Below are positions 63,155 to 64,000 of a stretch of 64,000 nucleotides of DNA, in pieces. Below the pieces are notes generated by a model. It did no database searches. It was given only the letters and a program-made list of their open reading frames with translations, and was not told where the DNA came from. The stretch comes from Lama glama (lineage: Eukaryota), in assembly GCA_028534125.1 (NCBI GenBank), contig CM052816.1:17176001-17240000 (forward strand), read 5' to 3'. The translations under genes were made by a program, and so were the position numbers. Each line of letters opens with the position of its first letter. Positions within the stretch are counted from its first letter, which is position 1.

Positions 63155-63868
63155 TTTAAACAGCTTTATTGAGGTATAACTTACATAGCAATATATTCAC
63201 TTATTTAAACTGTACAACTGTACAATGTTTTTAGTATATTCACAGTATTGTGCAACCCACTCTAACATTAGAACATTTTTGTTCCCTCTACAAGAAACCT
63301 TGTACCCATTAGCAGTCATTCCTCATTTCCCCCTCTTTCCCTGTCCCAACTATAGGCAGTCATTAATCTACTTTATATTTCTATAGATTTGCTTATTCAG
63401 GACATTTCATATAAATGGAATCATATAATATGTAGTCTTTTGTGTCTGACTGCTTTCACTTAGCAAAATGTTTTCAGGGTTCATCCTTGTTGTACCATGT
63501 ATTAGTATGACTTCATTTCTTTTTATTGCCAAATAATATTTAATTGTAAGAATATGCCACATTTTATCTGTTCATCAGTTGGTAGATATTTAGATTGCTT
63601 CCTTTTTGGGGTTCTTATGAATAATGCTCTGAACATTTGTGTTCAAGTTTTTATGTGGACATGTTTTCATTTTTCTTGGATTTTTACCTAGGAGTGGGAT
63701 TTCTGGGTCATATGGTAGCTCTGTGTTTAACCTTTTAAAGAACCACCAGATTGTTTTTACAGTGACTGCACCATTTATATTTCCATCAGCAATGAGTGAG
63801 GGTTCCAATTTTTCCACATCTTTACCAACACTTGTTATTGTCTGTCTTTTAGATTATAGCAATCCGCT
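63155..63868 (-). mobile_element. L1MB-like 3' end, followed by an MLT1A/B-like LTR start (63868-64000)
   Basis: ORF 63590..63817(-) is the L1 ORF2 C-terminus (WWFFKRLNTELPYDPEIPLLG). An LTR start, tatagactgaatatttgtgtcc, follows. Confidence 0.8.
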
Positions 63869-64000
63869 ATAGACTGAATATTTGTGTCCTCCCCCAGATT
63901 CCTACGTGGAAACCCTAATTGTGGAGGTGGGGCCTTTGGGAGATAATTAGGGTTATATAGGTCATGAAGGTGGAGACCCCATGATGTGATTGGTGCCCTC

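Noticed and set aside
62697..63179. 160-aa plus-strand ORF, the longest in the track
   Set aside because: Lies in a pyrimidine-rich L2 fossil running into an L1 tail; no protein similarity.

Overview
Mammalian genomic DNA, AT-rich and repeat-dense. It is most likely camelid, judging from a Vic-1-like tRNA-derived SINE and camelid-type L1 3' ends. The window corresponds to the NPY6R-MYOT interval and both genes lie on the minus strand. (1) 48233-49343 is a full-length NPY6R (neuropeptide Y receptor Y6) pseudogene with 4 premature stops and 4 frameshifts; it lacks the TM6 frameshift known from primates. (2) At the left end are five minus-strand exons (4926-4809, 4131-4069, 2466-2325, 1044-1021, 208-89) with canonical GT-AG sites and matching phases. 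They splice into an uninterrupted 467-nt reading frame encoding a palladin-like linker plus a complete Ig I-set domain homologous to palladin/myopalladin Ig2. From synteny I interpret this as an intact upstream N-terminal extension of myotilin, whose canonical form has only two C-terminal Ig domains. The canonical MYOT exons would lie beyond position 1, so the link cannot be confirmed in this window. The remainder is L1, L2, MIR, MaLR/ERV LTRs and DNA-transposon fossils, two candidate CTCF sites, and one 100-N gap. Repeat family names and homologous sequences are from recall, not from a search.
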